Source: a virus (Duplodnaviria; Heunggongvirae; Uroviricota; Caudoviricetes). From it: a stretch of DNA of 64,000 nt. Positions 8,833-17,562 of the stretch are shown one piece after another. Location: IMG/VR virus record IMGVR_UViG_3300024268_000001, one strand, 5' to 3'. The position numbers were made by a program, and so were the translations under genes. Below the pieces are notes generated by a model, which did no database searches, was not told the DNA's origin, and worked only from the letters and a program-made list of their open reading frames with translations. Each line of letters opens with the position of its first letter. Position 1 is the stretch's first letter.

Positions 8833-9039
8833 TTATTCCTCAACTTCTTCTACCAAATCCTTGATTTTTACAATTTTAGGTTTTTGACCATTCAATTCAA
8901 ACGCATGTGTATTGATATAGTCAGTACACTGTGCGGAAGAATCGAAAGTATATGCTGAGCGCGGATTTCTGGTGGTTCCCCAACCATTCCAATATTCTGA
9001 ATCAATCTTAAGAACGTAATAATATTTAAGCATAGCCAT
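8833..9039 (-). CDS. hypothetical small protein
   Basis: 68-aa ORF. Its start is 13 nt downstream of the NadM-like gene stop. Confidence 0.4.
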   Translation of the reverse strand: MAMLKYYYVLKIDSEYWNGWGTTRNPRSAYTFDSSAQCTDYINTHAFELNGQKPKIVKIKDLVEEVEE

Positions 9040-9051
9040 CTTTATATATGA

Positions 9052-10170
9052 TTACTTCTGCAGATAATCTTGAATAATCTTTTCATGATGGAAACCCATC
9101 TTCGGAAGATTACCGACACTGAACCATGCTGCATCCTTCGCATCGTCGCCGGCCTTAGCCATCTTCTTTTCCTTACCAGTAACCCTTACAGATACTGCTG
9201 TATCGATAATACGCAAGCGTGGGTCAAACATATGGCTATAGGTCTTAATCTGTTCGAACTTTTCAACTGGGAGGTTCAGAGACGTTTCTTCGCGGAATTC
9301 ACGCTGTGCTGCATGTTCCAAAGAAGCATCAGCCTTTTCAGGAAGTCCGGTTTCCTTATTGATATAATCAACCGGATTAAAGAATCCACCAGGAGTACAG
9401 AAGTAATTCATATACGGTGGTTTCCTACGGCGAATCAACAGAACTTCATCACCGGAAATACCGACAATATCAACCGTGTTTGCAAACTTTCCCCAACCCT
9501 GCTTCTTATAGTTTTCAATCCACTGCTTTTCAAGTTCAGTATAGTTGGTCGGATTCTGGTCATAAAGACTGTTTGTCTTAATCGGATTATCACGGTCATC
9601 CGTAAGTTCGCCTTCTTTTCGGATATATTCAAACACTGGCTTGCTAATCAGTGTCTTAACATCCTTATAGTGGCATTCCGGATTACGGTAGAAAATTTTA
9701 CGAGCTTCGCTACTGGAAATACCTTCAGTCTTAATACCCATGAGATAAGTACAATCATAACCGTACTTCGATTTCAATGCACCATCATTATCATCACGAG
9801 GAATAACCAAGAACTTATAGTTATTCAAAAGCTGATTACCGAACTTCCACTTTCCGTTAACCAAAGAATACCATTCGTCTTCGCCGATAACAATAGTAAT
9901 ATCCTTATCCTTGGTACCGAACTTATGGGAAATGAATTCATAAGTCCTGTTATTCTGAACGAGAATCGTAGGATTCAACTTTCGTGCAGTCATTGCGACC
10001 TTAACCATCGCGACACGTTCATCTACCGGAGTCTTATAATTCTTTTCGTCCGTATTGGAAACAAGAACATAAAGTTCATCGCCCTTACGAACCTTTTTGC
10101 TCACTGCCTTAATAATAGCTTCATGAGCGTGAGTAATCGGATCAAATGCACCACCAATCAAATACTTCAT
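9052..10170 (-). CDS. nadM: bifunctional NMN/NaMN adenylyltransferase - Nudix hydrolase (NadM-like)
   Basis: N-terminus 'GGAFDPITHAH' is the cytidylyltransferase (H/T)xGH motif. C-terminus carries the Nudix box 'LEHAAQREFREETSL'. Strong RBS 'aggaga' 6 nt upstream. Confidence 0.75.
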   Translation of the reverse strand: MKYLIGGAFDPITHAHEAIIKAVSKKVRKGDELYVLVSNTDEKNYKTPVDERVAMVKVAMTARKLNPTILVQNNRTYEFISHKFGTKDKDITIVIGEDEWYSLVNGKWKFGNQLLNNYKFLVIPRDDNDGALKSKYGYDCTYLMGIKTEGISSSEARKIFYRNPECHYKDVKTLISKPVFEYIRKEGELTDDRDNPIKTNSLYDQNPTNYTELEKQWIENYKKQGWGKFANTVDIVGISGDEVLLIRRRKPPYMNYFCTPGGFFNPVDYINKETGLPEKADASLEHAAQREFREETSLNLPVEKFEQIKTYSHMFDPRLRIIDTAVSVRVTGKEKKMAKAGDDAKDAAWFSVGNLPKMGFHHEKIIQDYLQK

Positions 10171-10172
10171 AA

Positions 10173-10565
10173 TTATCTCCTAATATTTCCACAAGATGTA
10201 TGAGCGTCACCCATAATATCGCCCTTGACTGTAATGTTTCCTGCATGGGTTTCAACATCACCTGAAACATCACCACCAATTTCGATATTACCTGCTGCAC
10301 TTTCAACATTACCCATGACGTCGCCAGAAACTGTAATGTTGTTTCCCTTACATACCTTATCTACGTCACCATAGACCGTAATGTTAATAACTTTATCTTT
10401 TACAGTAAAAGACTGATTACCAACAATAACAGTTTCACCCGAAATCTTAACAGAATCTGCGCAAATAGGTTCTTCAACCTTTTTACCGTTAATTTCAATA
10501 CTATCTGTGAGGCATAAACCTTTGAGAATATCTTCAGCCATAGTTTTCCTTATGTTTTTATACAA
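10173..10565 (-). CDS. bactofilin-like beta-helical repeat protein
   Basis: Repetitive 'NITVSGDVMGNVESAAGNIEIGGDVSGDVETHAGNITVKGDIMGD', i.e. a G-[DN]-[VI] periodicity typical of bactofilin/CcmA beta-helix. RBS 'aaggaaa'. Confidence 0.5.
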   Translation of the reverse strand: MYKNIRKTMAEDILKGLCLTDSIEINGKKVEEPICADSVKISGETVIVGNQSFTVKDKVINITVYGDVDKVCKGNNITVSGDVMGNVESAAGNIEIGGDVSGDVETHAGNITVKGDIMGDAHTSCGNIRR

Positions 10566-10577
10566 TATAGCAAAATT

Positions 10578-10596
10578 AAAGGGCTTTGTAAGCCCT
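10578..10596. terminator. intrinsic terminator hairpin
   Basis: Hairpin aagggctttgtaagccctt, with A/T runs on both sides. Confidence 0.6.
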
Positions 10597-10601
10597 TATA
10601 A

Positions 10602-10883
10602 TTATTTAATCGTATATGTTTGACCTTCGTACTCTACAACACGTTCTTTCTTAGGATTTTTAACTTCGACTGCGCACATCTTAAGAGAAAAACCACTTGT
10701 AGTTTCAGCTGTTACTTTTCGTCCAGCGTCATCATCTCGATATGCAAAGCAAGGACCCATACCAGTAATATCCGCTTTTTCATGGAGGTCGCTAAGAATC
10801 ATTATAGGAATCCCGAAAAAAAACAATCCCAAAATTAAAAACAAAACTGGAACTGTCCTATCTAATTTCCACATTATATCCAT
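10602..10883 (-). CDS. membrane protein (N-terminal TM)
   Basis: Hydrophobic segment 'VPVLFLILGLFFFGIPIMIL'. Confidence 0.45.
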   Translation of the reverse strand: MDIMWKLDRTVPVLFLILGLFFFGIPIMILSDLHEKADITGMGPCFAYRDDDAGRKVTAETTSGFSLKMCAVEVKNPKKERVVEYEGQTYTIK

Positions 10884-11293
10884 TATTTACCACCTTTAAT
10901 GAATGTTTCATATTTTGAAAGGGTATTACTGTCAATTTCCGGTTTTTTATGTGTGTGCACCAACCGATACAAAAAACAAGCAAATGTATACGGTGACTTT
11001 AAAATTGTTAAAATTAGTGCAAACAAATTATGTACTATTGCTATACCTGTAATAATTTCAGCTATTGCCAAACCTAGAAGTGCAGCACCGCTATTAATTA
11101 CAGACCATCCAAGATAGCATGCATACGAATGTTCATGCAAATAACAATTTTGTGCCGCACAAACAATTGTCTGGTTTTCATTGTACATTACAAAACAGGT
11201 TATAATGGATGCAATAATTATTGTTGGAAGCCAGTCAAAAAGAAACAGATTCAAGCTATCTGAATCGTTATCTGTCATATATTTCCAAGTCAT
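10883..11293 (-). CDS. multi-pass membrane protein
   Basis: Three or more hydrophobic segments (e.g. PTIIIASIITCFVMY, AALLGLAIAEIITGIAIV). ATGA overlap with the neighbouring gene. Confidence 0.5.
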   Translation of the reverse strand: MTWKYMTDNDSDSLNLFLFDWLPTIIIASIITCFVMYNENQTIVCAAQNCYLHEHSYACYLGWSVINSGAALLGLAIAEIITGIAIVHNLFALILTILKSPYTFACFLYRLVHTHKKPEIDSNTLSKYETFIKGGK

Positions 11294-11297
11294 TCAA

Positions 11298-11639
11298 TTA
11301 CCCCTTATGCTTAAAATATGTTCTGAACAACCATGGCGCTTTCTTAACCTTTTCGGCAAATTCTTCCATAGCTTTATATGCAAAAATTGCTCGATTATCG
11401 TCGTCAATCTTTACAGTATCTCCGTAATACAGTTCATTAAACAATGTGACAAAATCATCGGAATCCAAATACTTTCGAGTAGTATTATGTTTTTCATGAA
11501 TTTCGCCGAGAGTTTCGCGAACATGAACTGAACTGTTCTTGATAACCTGATTTGCCGCAAGATACTGGGCAAAATAAGCACCGATACCGATACCGATACC
11601 AATACTAACAATTACAAGTATTACAATAAAGACTCCCAT
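11298..11639 (-). CDS. membrane-anchored protein (N-terminal TM with GI repeats)
   Basis: N-terminus 'MGVFIVILVIVSIGIGIGIGAYFAQYLA'. Confidence 0.5.
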   Translation of the reverse strand: MGVFIVILVIVSIGIGIGIGAYFAQYLAANQVIKNSSVHVRETLGEIHEKHNTTRKYLDSDDFVTLFNELYYGDTVKIDDDNRAIFAYKAMEEFAEKVKKAPWLFRTYFKHKG

Positions 11640-11641
11640 AA

Positions 11642-12196
11642 TTACCCCTTCAGAATACCGGCGTGACGTGCCGCAGTAATTGTGGTCAAATCTGTTCCTT
11701 GTCCATCAGCAAAAGTAAGCTTCGTTGCGGAAAAAGAAACAGTATAATACGGATCCTGATTTGGCCTGCTGTTAGTCAACTCCAAAGCGCTGAGTCCACA
11801 AACCTTCACATTTTCATACTTGTACTGGCCCAAAGGCATATGCGGATTATGATTATAAATTTCAAGGGTAATCTTTGCGACTTCGTTTCCATTCTTCAAC
11901 AAATCAACCCAGAATGCGTAATCAACAATAGATGTACGCTTAAAGACGAGCTTAAAACTAAGGTTAGAAGAATCCGTAAATTCACGCATTGCATCAGATT
12001 CTCCCGGGTGACTTGCAGTAATTGCTGAACCTTGACTGGAATTAAGATGGTCGCTAAAATGACCACCCCATGCAGCAATCAAAGCATTATTGCTTGTAAA
12101 GCGAGATTCTGCATTTATATTGAAATCAAACTGTGCCTTTAAACCGTAACCGTCGGGATTTGCAACTTCTTTTTCAGGATAGACTTGATTGTTCAT
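11642..12196 (-). CDS. hypothetical protein
   Basis: 184-aa ORF. The promoter TTGACA-N18-TATATT and RBS 'aaaggaa' lie upstream at 12205-12250. Confidence 0.5.
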   Translation of the reverse strand: MNNQVYPEKEVANPDGYGLKAQFDFNINAESRFTSNNALIAAWGGHFSDHLNSSQGSAITASHPGESDAMREFTDSSNLSFKLVFKRTSIVDYAFWVDLLKNGNEVAKITLEIYNHNPHMPLGQYKYENVKVCGLSALELTNSRPNQDPYYTVSFSATKLTFADGQGTDLTTITAARHAGILKG

Positions 12197-12204
12197 ATTG
12201 GTTC

Positions 12205-12285
12205 CTTTTGTTTATGCATATAATATAGTAAAAATATTCATATTTGTCAACCTAAAAAATAAAAGGCTGACTTGCGTTAACCTTT
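12205..12285 (-). promoter_or_regulatory. sigma70-like promoter plus a degenerate copy of the conserved hairpin element
   Basis: Minus strand reads ggTTGACAaatatgaatatttttacTATATT. Upstream lies 'ggttaacgcaagtcagcc', a variant of the recurring GGTTGACGAAAGTCAGCC element. Confidence 0.5.
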
Positions 12286-12314
12286 TACCCTCACACATCC
12301 AATATTCTTTTTTC

Positions 12315-14243
12315 TTACTTCTTTGTTTCGGAGAACAAATCAATAAGAGTGTCCTTGCTCAACTGAGTCAAATCAAGTCCAACTTCAGAATCCTTATCGG
12401 AATCGTCAACAAATGTAAAGCCTGCTTTTTCAAGAATCGGCTTCAGGTTGACGAACGAACGACACTTATTCTTGAGGTTTTCAATATACACGTCTGCATA
12501 TTCATGATTTGGCACACGTCCACCACCTTGAGTAAGGTCCATGAGGAATACCTTATTGTCTACAATAAGTGCACACTGCTTTTCGCGTTCATTATCAACT
12601 GGAATGATAAATTCAGCGAGAACATTGTTCGGATCCACCTTTACATCCACACGCTGGCTATAATAAGCATCTTTCTTAAGCTTCTTCTCTTGACGAGCAA
12701 CGAAGAACTTAAACTGAGACTTAGGAGAACCATTGTACTGGTTTACCGATACCTTGCCATCAGGACACTTACAGTCAATGTAGAACAATTCTGTTGCTTC
12801 CGGACGAGCTGTAGTCATATCACCCGAGTAAATGATCTTATTCTCATGGTCCTTGTAACTTGCGTTCCAACCATAAGTACCTCCATTAATGTCATACATA
12901 TGAAGGTCAAAATCCTGGGTTCCCCATTCTCCACGCCAATAGATACCAACAACGTTGTGGTCGTCGGACATATCAACGGAAGTGCCAAACGGATAATTAC
13001 CGATGAAGTTCTTTTCAGAAGTCGGCATTGTCAGATTGACATGCTGAGGATAACGAACAGTACATGCCTTATCCTTGATAGACTTGACCAACGAATCTTC
13101 AAGAAGATTGTAGACAACCATCAAGTAGGAATTCAATTCCTGATTAGGCACCGGAGCATCCTTACGAACCCACATCTTGCCGTTACGAATTACATACATC
13201 TTTCCGCTAGCATTCTGGAGCTTAGCGAGAATACCCTGCATGAGCGTGACCTTCTTGAAATTGGTGATTTCACCCTTTGCAAGACGTTCACGAACTTCGT
13301 CCAGCTTCTTGTGTTCAGAAAGTACAGTTTCCCAGAAACCTGCAGTAAACGGCTTATGGTCAGTAACAGCCAAACGACGGATATGGTTAATAACCGAGGA
13401 GTTTGTCTTCTGTCCAACAACAACGGCCTTAAGCTTTGCTGCGGCCTTTCTGAAAGCTTCATTCTTGAAAACTGCCGGCTTACCGTCAACCTTTTGGTTC
13501 TTGAACGCTAAGAATAACGGCTTGAAACGATAGAAAATCGAAGCGAGAGCGTGTAGCTGCTCATCCGACAACTTCGTAAAGTCGACAGTTTCTGCCTTTT
13601 CCTTAATGGCCTTGATAGTCTTTCGGTCCTTGATAAGCATGGCGCTGCCAGTTGCCTTAAAGACGAAATAACGTAACATGTTGAACGGGTCCTTGCCGTA
13701 GATACCTGTTGCATCCATCAATGCTATGGAAGCTTCCTTATTCTTGATGGAATCGACGTCGAGTCCATAAGTATTGAAACGCTTATCTTGCGTAATGAAG
13801 TTCACAAGGACATTAATGGTTTCAGTTTCAAGGGCAATCCCGGACTGGAGCATCTTTACACAGCGTGTATAAATTTCCTCGTCAGTCGCAGGCATAATAA
13901 CCTTGAATGAATTGTACGGAATTTCTACGTCCGGAGCGTTGTTTGGAATATACGCATCGCCCGTATAATTTGTGCCATAAGTAGAGGCATAATGAAGAAG
14001 TTGATCTACCAACAGTTCAAAACGCGTCTTGGACGTAATGTCAGACCACTTAGCATAAAACGTCTTATTGTAATTGGTCTTAGCTTCAGCATTCACCCAG
14101 TCAAGGGCAAGCTTCGAGCAACAGTCGGGATGAATAATCCAACCATACTTTGCTGATTCTGCGTTAACCTCTTCAAAAGAGCGCTTAGAGTTACCTTCTG
14201 CCTTAGGCATGACATTGAACATTGTAATCAACTTAAGATTCAT
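12315..14243 (-). CDS. large hypothetical protein (642 aa)
   Basis: Long uninterrupted ORF with RBS 'gaggaaaaatt'. No motif recognised. Confidence 0.6.
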   Translation of the reverse strand: MNLKLITMFNVMPKAEGNSKRSFEEVNAESAKYGWIIHPDCCSKLALDWVNAEAKTNYNKTFYAKWSDITSKTRFELLVDQLLHYASTYGTNYTGDAYIPNNAPDVEIPYNSFKVIMPATDEEIYTRCVKMLQSGIALETETINVLVNFITQDKRFNTYGLDVDSIKNKEASIALMDATGIYGKDPFNMLRYFVFKATGSAMLIKDRKTIKAIKEKAETVDFTKLSDEQLHALASIFYRFKPLFLAFKNQKVDGKPAVFKNEAFRKAAAKLKAVVVGQKTNSSVINHIRRLAVTDHKPFTAGFWETVLSEHKKLDEVRERLAKGEITNFKKVTLMQGILAKLQNASGKMYVIRNGKMWVRKDAPVPNQELNSYLMVVYNLLEDSLVKSIKDKACTVRYPQHVNLTMPTSEKNFIGNYPFGTSVDMSDDHNVVGIYWRGEWGTQDFDLHMYDINGGTYGWNASYKDHENKIIYSGDMTTARPEATELFYIDCKCPDGKVSVNQYNGSPKSQFKFFVARQEKKLKKDAYYSQRVDVKVDPNNVLAEFIIPVDNEREKQCALIVDNKVFLMDLTQGGGRVPNHEYADVYIENLKNKCRSFVNLKPILEKAGFTFVDDSDKDSEVGLDLTQLSKDTLIDLFSETKK

Positions 14244-14590
14244 AATTTTTCCTCATTAAAAGTGTTAAAGCGAGAAGTAAGTATTTTGCCTAAATTATAA
14301 TGATATAGGAACATCCTTTGCTTTAACGGTGTTAAATATAGTAAATTGTTTGTGTTTTGTAAACCCTATTTTTAAAGGTTTTTTAATGCTTTTTTCCAAG
14401 CCTTTACTTTCTTCTTGGATTCTTTGCTCAGTTTTAATCCGAAAATATCCATTAGTGCATTGGCAGTATCAACACCTGCCAAACGACTTTCGAGTTCTTT
14501 CTTCTTTAACGAATTTTCCGTTTCCAATGAACTTCCCATACATGTATAATATAGCAAGTGTATTTTATTTTGTAAACCCCTAAATATAAA

Positions 14591-14622
14591 AAAGTAGAGC
14601 CGGTTGACTCTACTTTTAAATT
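14591..14622. terminator. intrinsic terminator
   Basis: Hairpin aagtagagccggttgactctactt. On the minus strand it is followed by ttttttatattt, downstream of the patatin gene. Confidence 0.65.
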
Positions 14623-14634
14623 AAAACCCGAATA

Positions 14635-15504
14635 TTATCGATTTTTTACAAAATCTAAAATATCCTTTTTAACTGATTCGTAGTAGTCATCCCAGATTTT
14701 CATAACTAAATTAATAGTTTTATCTGATACATCATCCATTTTTATCTTTTTTGTATAATTCGGAGATGCATTGAAAACATACTTATCGCCGAGAATGGCT
14801 TGTGCTTCATAAATTGGTGATTTTGAACTTCTTGCTACCCAATCTCCAATCATATATTCTGCCCATCCTAACAATGTTTTATTTCCATGTTCTGTATTTG
14901 GTGTATTCATTCCAGTATTAAAATTTAAAAGTTTAAGATTTCGATTGCCTTGTTTAAATTGACCAGCAATAACTATATCGGCAGGGTTATTTGCCCAACA
15001 GCCACCGTCCATATAAGAGTTTCCATCTTTTTCTATAACATCAAAATATGTAGGTGCTGCTGTTGATGTAAGTACAGCAAATGCCTTTGTTGTATCTTTA
15101 TCACCTAAATCCCACACTTTTTCTACAGAAGCACCATTCATAAATGTTGTTGTAATATAGATAGGTTTTTTCCAATCACTAACTTTACCTTTAAGTTTTT
15201 CTTCTAAAATTTTTTTAAGATTTGTATTATCATATGTTGGACACGTTGGTTTAAGTCGTTTATACCAGGAATTTTTTGTAAAAATTTTCTTTAAATTATC
15301 TTGGTATAATTTAAATATATCATGTGCACTCATACCTTCATTCATACATGCAGCAACTATTGAACCCGTAGAAGTACCAGTATATGCTGATACATAATCA
15401 CCTAATTTTTTACCTAGATCTTGTTCCAATCTGCACATAAATGCTAAAGGTCCCATAGCCAAGGCTCCACCACCTTCAATACTTAAACACAATTGTTTGC
15501 CCAT
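14635..15504 (-). CDS. patatin-like phospholipase
   Basis: Oxyanion-hole 'SIEGGGALAMG', nucleophile elbow 'GTSTG' and catalytic Asp motif 'YMDGGCWANNP'. Very AT-rich codon usage. RBS 'aggaga'. Confidence 0.8.
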   Translation of the reverse strand: MGKQLCLSIEGGGALAMGPLAFMCRLEQDLGKKLGDYVSAYTGTSTGSIVAACMNEGMSAHDIFKLYQDNLKKIFTKNSWYKRLKPTCPTYDNTNLKKILEEKLKGKVSDWKKPIYITTTFMNGASVEKVWDLGDKDTTKAFAVLTSTAAPTYFDVIEKDGNSYMDGGCWANNPADIVIAGQFKQGNRNLKLLNFNTGMNTPNTEHGNKTLLGWAEYMIGDWVARSSKSPIYEAQAILGDKYVFNASPNYTKKIKMDDVSDKTINLVMKIWDDYYESVKKDILDFVKNR

Positions 15505-15535
15505 AAAATTCTCCTAATATAATTTTATATTATAT

Positions 15536-16054
15536 TTATATAATTATATTATTCCGAATTTTTTCTATAAGTATATCCAACTCTTTTCTTTTTAAAATAA
15601 TAACATTATTTTTTATCATGCATTCTTGTTTTTCCAGTTGTAATTCTTTTGTAAATGGATTTATTAATTGATTATTATCATTAAAGAAAAAATCTCCTTT
15701 AACTTCATAAAATTTACCATTTATAATAAAATCTGGCTTATATTTATGTTCTTGTTCTTCTTTAATATAAGTAAACGTAATTTTTGGATGATATTCAAAC
15801 ACATTCTTACTGGACTGTAATGCTTCATATAATTCATATTCCCAGTGAGAATCGAAATATATATCATTATAATAAAAACCATATACTGTATGTGATTGTG
15901 TATTTGGATTTTGACCGGGATTTTTATAACCAGTTTTTTCATAATATGTTTGCTGACATTTAGCAAATGATTCAGGATTCGACCAATTATGGTAATACCC
16001 TGTTTTTCTAAAATATTCTTCAGAACGTTGTTTTAAATGTTCTGGATTTTTCAT
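15536..16054 (-). CDS. tandem-repeat protein (about 23-aa repeat 'xxYFxKTGYYHNWSNPES')
   Basis: Two repeat units follow the annotated ATG. A further 1.5 units continue in frame upstream to the TAA of the zinc-finger ORF at 16160. The true start or boundary is therefore uncertain. Confidence 0.5.
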   Translation of the reverse strand: MKNPEHLKQRSEEYFRKTGYYHNWSNPESFAKCQQTYYEKTGYKNPGQNPNTQSHTVYGFYYNDIYFDSHWEYELYEALQSSKNVFEYHPKITFTYIKEEQEHKYKPDFIINGKFYEVKGDFFFNDNNQLINPFTKELQLEKQECMIKNNVIILKRKELDILIEKIRNNIII

Positions 16055-16157
16055 ATTATGAGTATAACCAGTTTCTTTAAAATATGTATCTATACATTTT
16101 TGTCGTGAATCTGGATTAGACCAATTATGATAATATCCGGTTCTTTGAAAATATGTA
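15930..16157 (-). repeat. coding tandem repeat, about 69-bp units (about 3.5 copies)
   Basis: Repeated DNA 'ggattagaccaattatgataatatccggtt' / 'ggattcgaccaattatggtaataccctgtt'. Encoded units: TYFQRTGYYHNWSNPDSRQKCID, TYFKETGYTHNMKNPEHLKQRSEE, YFRKTGYYHNWSNPESFAKCQQ, TYYEKTGYKNPGQNPN. Confidence 0.7.
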
Positions 16158-16159
16158 TT

Positions 16160-16492
16160 TTATGTTCGAAGCCTAACATCTTGTTTCCATTCATCAGTAT
16201 GAGAATGCCATGTTTCTGATGCAGATAATTTTGCTTCTTCACTTTGTCTTGCACACAATGTACAACAATAACGTCTATAACCGTATGTAAAATTTATAAA
16301 TTTTGTTTCTTTACCACAATTTTTACAAATATTTTCATCAGGTTCTTTTAAATATTTATCATAATATTCACGAGAATGTATATTGTGCTTAACTAATAAA
16401 TGTGTAGAAATTCCCAATGATTTTATTTGTTTATGACAGAATTTACATTCTATTATATCATGTCTTACTATATTAAATTTACTTATACTCAT
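16160..16492 (-). CDS. zinc-finger / zinc-ribbon protein
   Basis: 'CKFCHKQIKSLGISTHLLVKH' is a C-x2-C-x12-H-x4-H (C2H2-like) finger. 'CKNCGK...YCCTLC' is a second Cys4 ribbon. The ORF ends with TAA, in frame with the downstream repeat ORF. Confidence 0.55.
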   Translation of the reverse strand: MSISKFNIVRHDIIECKFCHKQIKSLGISTHLLVKHNIHSREYYDKYLKEPDENICKNCGKETKFINFTYGYRRYCCTLCARQSEEAKLSASETWHSHTDEWKQDVRLRT

Positions 16493-16635
16493 TAAAAAAC
16501 TCCTACCTAATTCTTGCCCAATTAGATAGGAGATAATACGATAACGTATTTTTCAAATTTTTCTACTATTAAAAGGGCAAGTTTTAATAATACTTATATA
16601 GTATTTATAATATTTGCCCGTTTTATTTTGTAATA

Positions 16636-17115
16636 TTACGCTAAATTTTTCAATAATGCGGTTTCAATCTCGAAATCACTCATGGCCTTTTTATATTCAA
16701 AACTATCTTCATGTCCAGAAAGTCTCGAATATGGAACTCCCATAGAATCCCAGATTTTATGCTGCATAACTATCCAGCCATACGCAGCATAAAAATTTTC
16801 CCATCTATTAAGAAATTCAATCAGCTCATTTAGCTTAGATTTTGTCAGCCATTCCAACATTTTAAAGACATTATCTTTATAGTCAAAAATCATTATTGAA
16901 CATCTGTCTTTAATGGGCATAAGAGTACATGCGACCATAATTTCAAACTTTTCATCATCTTCGTACCAACTGAATTCAACCTCAAATCGATTATCCTTAT
17001 CGCGAAGACAAATACTATCATGGGTTTTAGAAGTATTTACCCTCATGTAATAATCATTCGGTTTAATCCGAAGAATATAGTTTTGAAAATGTTGGAATGT
17101 ATATGCTTCAGACAT
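16636..17115 (-). CDS. hypothetical protein
   Basis: 159-aa ORF in the AT-rich island. Confidence 0.5.
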   Translation of the reverse strand: MSEAYTFQHFQNYILRIKPNDYYMRVNTSKTHDSICLRDKDNRFEVEFSWYEDDEKFEIMVACTLMPIKDRCSIMIFDYKDNVFKMLEWLTKSKLNELIEFLNRWENFYAAYGWIVMQHKIWDSMGVPYSRLSGHEDSFEYKKAMSDFEIETALLKNLA

Positions 17116-17202
17116 TAATTCTTACCTAAAAGCTTATTAAAAGCATTTACAAGCTTACTGATTTCACCTTCATCGCTTGTAGGTTCATAATCAATACTTG
17201 TA

Positions 17203-17562
17203 TCATAAACCACGCGACGCTGAACTGGGGGCTTTCTTCATTTTTTCCTTATGTTCATTCATAAGTTTTTCAGCAAGTTCATATGACGGAATATAAGAAC
17301 CAACATCCCATGAAGCATCTTTTGAACAAATATGAGGTTTAGATTCTTCTTTCCAAATATGACTATCACGGTATCTTAAATATCGTTCCATATTATAGGT
17401 CAAGCGAAACCAATTCTTCGAACCGCTATTTATCTTACGATATTCAACAACAAACCATGACGGGTCTCTGTTTACAATACTTGGAGCAACATCAAAATCG
17501 AACGTCGGATATTCATATGTACCGAGTTCTATAATACGATATTCATAAAGCGATTTTTCCAT
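17203..17562 (-). CDS. hypothetical protein
   Basis: 119-aa ORF. ATGA-type junction with the ligase gene. Confidence 0.45.
   Translation of the reverse strand: MEKSLYEYRIIELGTYEYPTFDFDVAPSIVNRDPSWFVVEYRKINSGSKNWFRLTYNMERYLRYRDSHIWKEESKPHICSKDASWDVGSYIPSYELAEKLMNEHKEKMKKAPSSASRGL

Noticed and set aside
9070-10203. 377-aa plus-strand ORF
   Set aside because: Entirely antisense to the well-supported NadM-Nudix gene. Leu/Ile/Phe-rich composition is typical of reverse-frame artefacts in AT-rich DNA.
12189-13511. 440-aa plus-strand ORF
   Set aside because: Antisense to the 642-aa minus-strand gene. No RBS. Low-complexity hydrophobic translation.
14329-14583. Two overlapping small ORFs (plus and minus) between the large gene and the patatin terminator
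   Set aside because: Located in a promoter/terminator-rich intergenic region. No RBS. Both are compositionally odd.
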